From: Obrimoposthia wandeli
Taxonomy: Eukaryota
DNA: 64,000 nucleotides
NCBI GenBank assembly: GCA_977020255.1
Contig: CDROCS010004206.1
Span: forward strand, 1 to 64,000
Direction: 5' to 3'
Below the pieces are notes generated by a model that made no database searches, was not told the origin of the DNA, and saw only the letters and a program-made list of their open reading frames with translations. Below are positions 62,665-64,000 of the stretch, one piece after another (the first letter of the stretch is position 1; each line of letters opens with the position of its first letter). The position numbers were made by a program, and so were the translations under genes.

Positions 62665-64000
62665 ATGAAATTTAATAAAAGTTTATTAGCTGTCGCCATT
62701 ACTTCAGTTACTGCTTTAACGCTTTATGGTTGTGGCACCGAAGACAAACAAGATCAGAGCTCCAATACCGAAAGCCAGAGATACTCCCTGAGTGGCCTAG
62801 CGGTTGATGGCCCTATTGCACGCGCACTTGTTTATTATGACTTAAACAACAACGGTAAAAAAGACTCATTCGAGCCTGGGGCTTTGACTGATAATAATGG
62901 GCATTATAATAAATTCCCTGTTTATGAGGGTACTAAATTTGTAAAAACGATTGACTATTGTAACGGCTCAGAAGCCCGCCCAGAGTTTTGTCTCAAGCTT
63001 ACTACAACTCAGGCAGCGGAGTTCTCTGACGATACAAAATTAATCGTCACCGGCGGCTATGACTTGTATACTGGCGAGCCTTTTGAAGGCACATTATCGA
63101 CTCCGGCTGATAATAGCTATAAGAACATAATTGGCAATATTGCTATCACCCCTATGAGTTCAATGATCAGTAATGGTGGATTCTCTGAATTATTCATTTA
63201 TTTACAGTCTCTACCTGGAATTTCCGGAACCACTTTCCCCGGGGCTTATACTCGGGAAACCATCTTTAATCTTAACTTCCTTGAAAGTGAAGCTAAATTC
63301 AACGCACCCGCTTTCGCTATCACATACCGTTTGCATAAGTACGTCTCTGTTATTGGAGACTGGGTAAAAGATCAATCTGCTTACTCAGAAATAAAAGATG
63401 GCGAAAAACTAAACTCTGATATTAGCGGACTTATTTATCTAGAGTATCAAAACTTAAATGATGCAAACTTTACAACCGCGTGGGCAGCAATCGAGACTAA
63501 AATTCAGGCTTTATATAATAGCGCGGGTTTAACAGCACCAAATGCACCCGACACAGCCGATACAGACGCTCTAATACAGTTTTTAACAGACATAAAGACA
63601 GCCACCGAGAGTGCCTTTGGTCAGGCGGCATATTTGGATACTACAACAAATGAAAACATAGAGGCTTATTTAGGTAATAAACTCACCTTCGCAAATGTTA
63701 AAGGTCGTACCCGCGGTGTTGAAGTGGTTGTACTTAAAGTTATCCGCGGCGCTCCTCATGCGTCAGCCATAACAGCACTCGATGATAACAGCTATTTAGC
63801 CAGCCTAGAGGGAGCTGCAGGCACGACTGATGCAGACGGCAAGGTTACTGAGGAGAAAGGAAGTTTCAACTTCACTCAGCTTGTAGAGGCAACAGGGACT
63901 TCTACCGAAATCATTGCAGCAGCAAATGCGGCTAAAAACAGTACAGGTAGCAGCTTAAGTAGTGACCTTGCAGGTAAGATGCTGGACTTTGAAGATGATG
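62665..64000 (+). CDS. Large lipoprotein, truncated by the window end (absent from the ORF track)
   Basis: RBS AGGAAG; MKFNKSLLAVAITSVTALTLYGC lipobox; GLAVDGPIARA.VYYDLNNNGKKDSFEP; open for 445 codons with no stop. Confidence 0.9.
   Translation, partial: MKFNKSLLAVAITSVTALTLYGCGTEDKQDQSSNTESQRYSLSGLAVDGPIARALVYYDLNNNGKKDSFEPGALTDNNGHYNKFPVYEGTKFVKTIDYCNGSEARPEFCLKLTTTQAAEFSDDTKLIVTGGYDLYTGEPFEGTLSTPADNSYKNIIGNIAITPMSSMISNGGFSELFIYLQSLPGISGTTFPGAYTRETIFNLNFLESEAKFNAPAFAITYRLHKYVSVIGDWVKDQSAYSEIKDGEKLNSDISGLIYLEYQNLNDANFTTAWAAIETKIQALYNSAGLTAPNAPDTADTDALIQFLTDIKTATESAFGQAAYLDTTTNENIEAYLGNKLTFANVKGRTRGVEVVVLKVIRGAPHASAITALDDNSYLASLEGAAGTTDADGKVTEEKGSFNFTQLVEATGTSTEIIAAANAAKNSTGSSLSSDLAGKMLDFEDD

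Noticed and set aside
706-63367. Many 60-175 aa ORFs in the track that overlap longer genes (e.g. 13654-14181, 14224-14673, 31640-32050, 63173-63367)
   Set aside because: Antisense or alternate-frame shadows of well-supported genes, with no motifs or RBS.

Overview
Chromosomal segment of an AT-leaning marine-type gammaproteobacterium. Gene order and content suggest Oceanospirillales, possibly Oleispira-like; this is inference only. The core is housekeeping: leuA, feoAB, fadE, dbpA, ppiC, upp-uraA, djlA-murU-amgK divergent from lptD-surA-pdxA-rsmA-apaG-apaH-glpE, prkA-yeaH-spoVR, and flgP-flgT. Lipid-catabolism genes are scattered through it (GMC oxidoreductase 3' end, esterase, acyl-CoA ligase, FadE, neutral ceramidase, thioesterase). 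The most notable item is a three-gene minus-strand operon at 15229-17687 that reads as Zorya type II: zorA, zorB and a 157-aa ZorE homologue. That third gene keeps the N-terminal His/Cys domain but has no HNH nuclease, and there is no room for one before the convergent feoB stop. Other accessory features: two tandem TraF_2/FadL-like outer-membrane barrels followed by a large Ca-binding lipoprotein (59453 to window end); an AT-rich islet with an eroded adenylate cyclase-PilZ remnant, a frameshifted lipoprotein with 441-bp tandem repeats and a convergent barrel gene; a split porin gene; a dispersed palindromic repeat family; an 11-bp phased repeat array; and candidate Fur, PsrA and sigma28 sites. 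I saw no rRNA, tRNA, CRISPR array, transposase or integrase.
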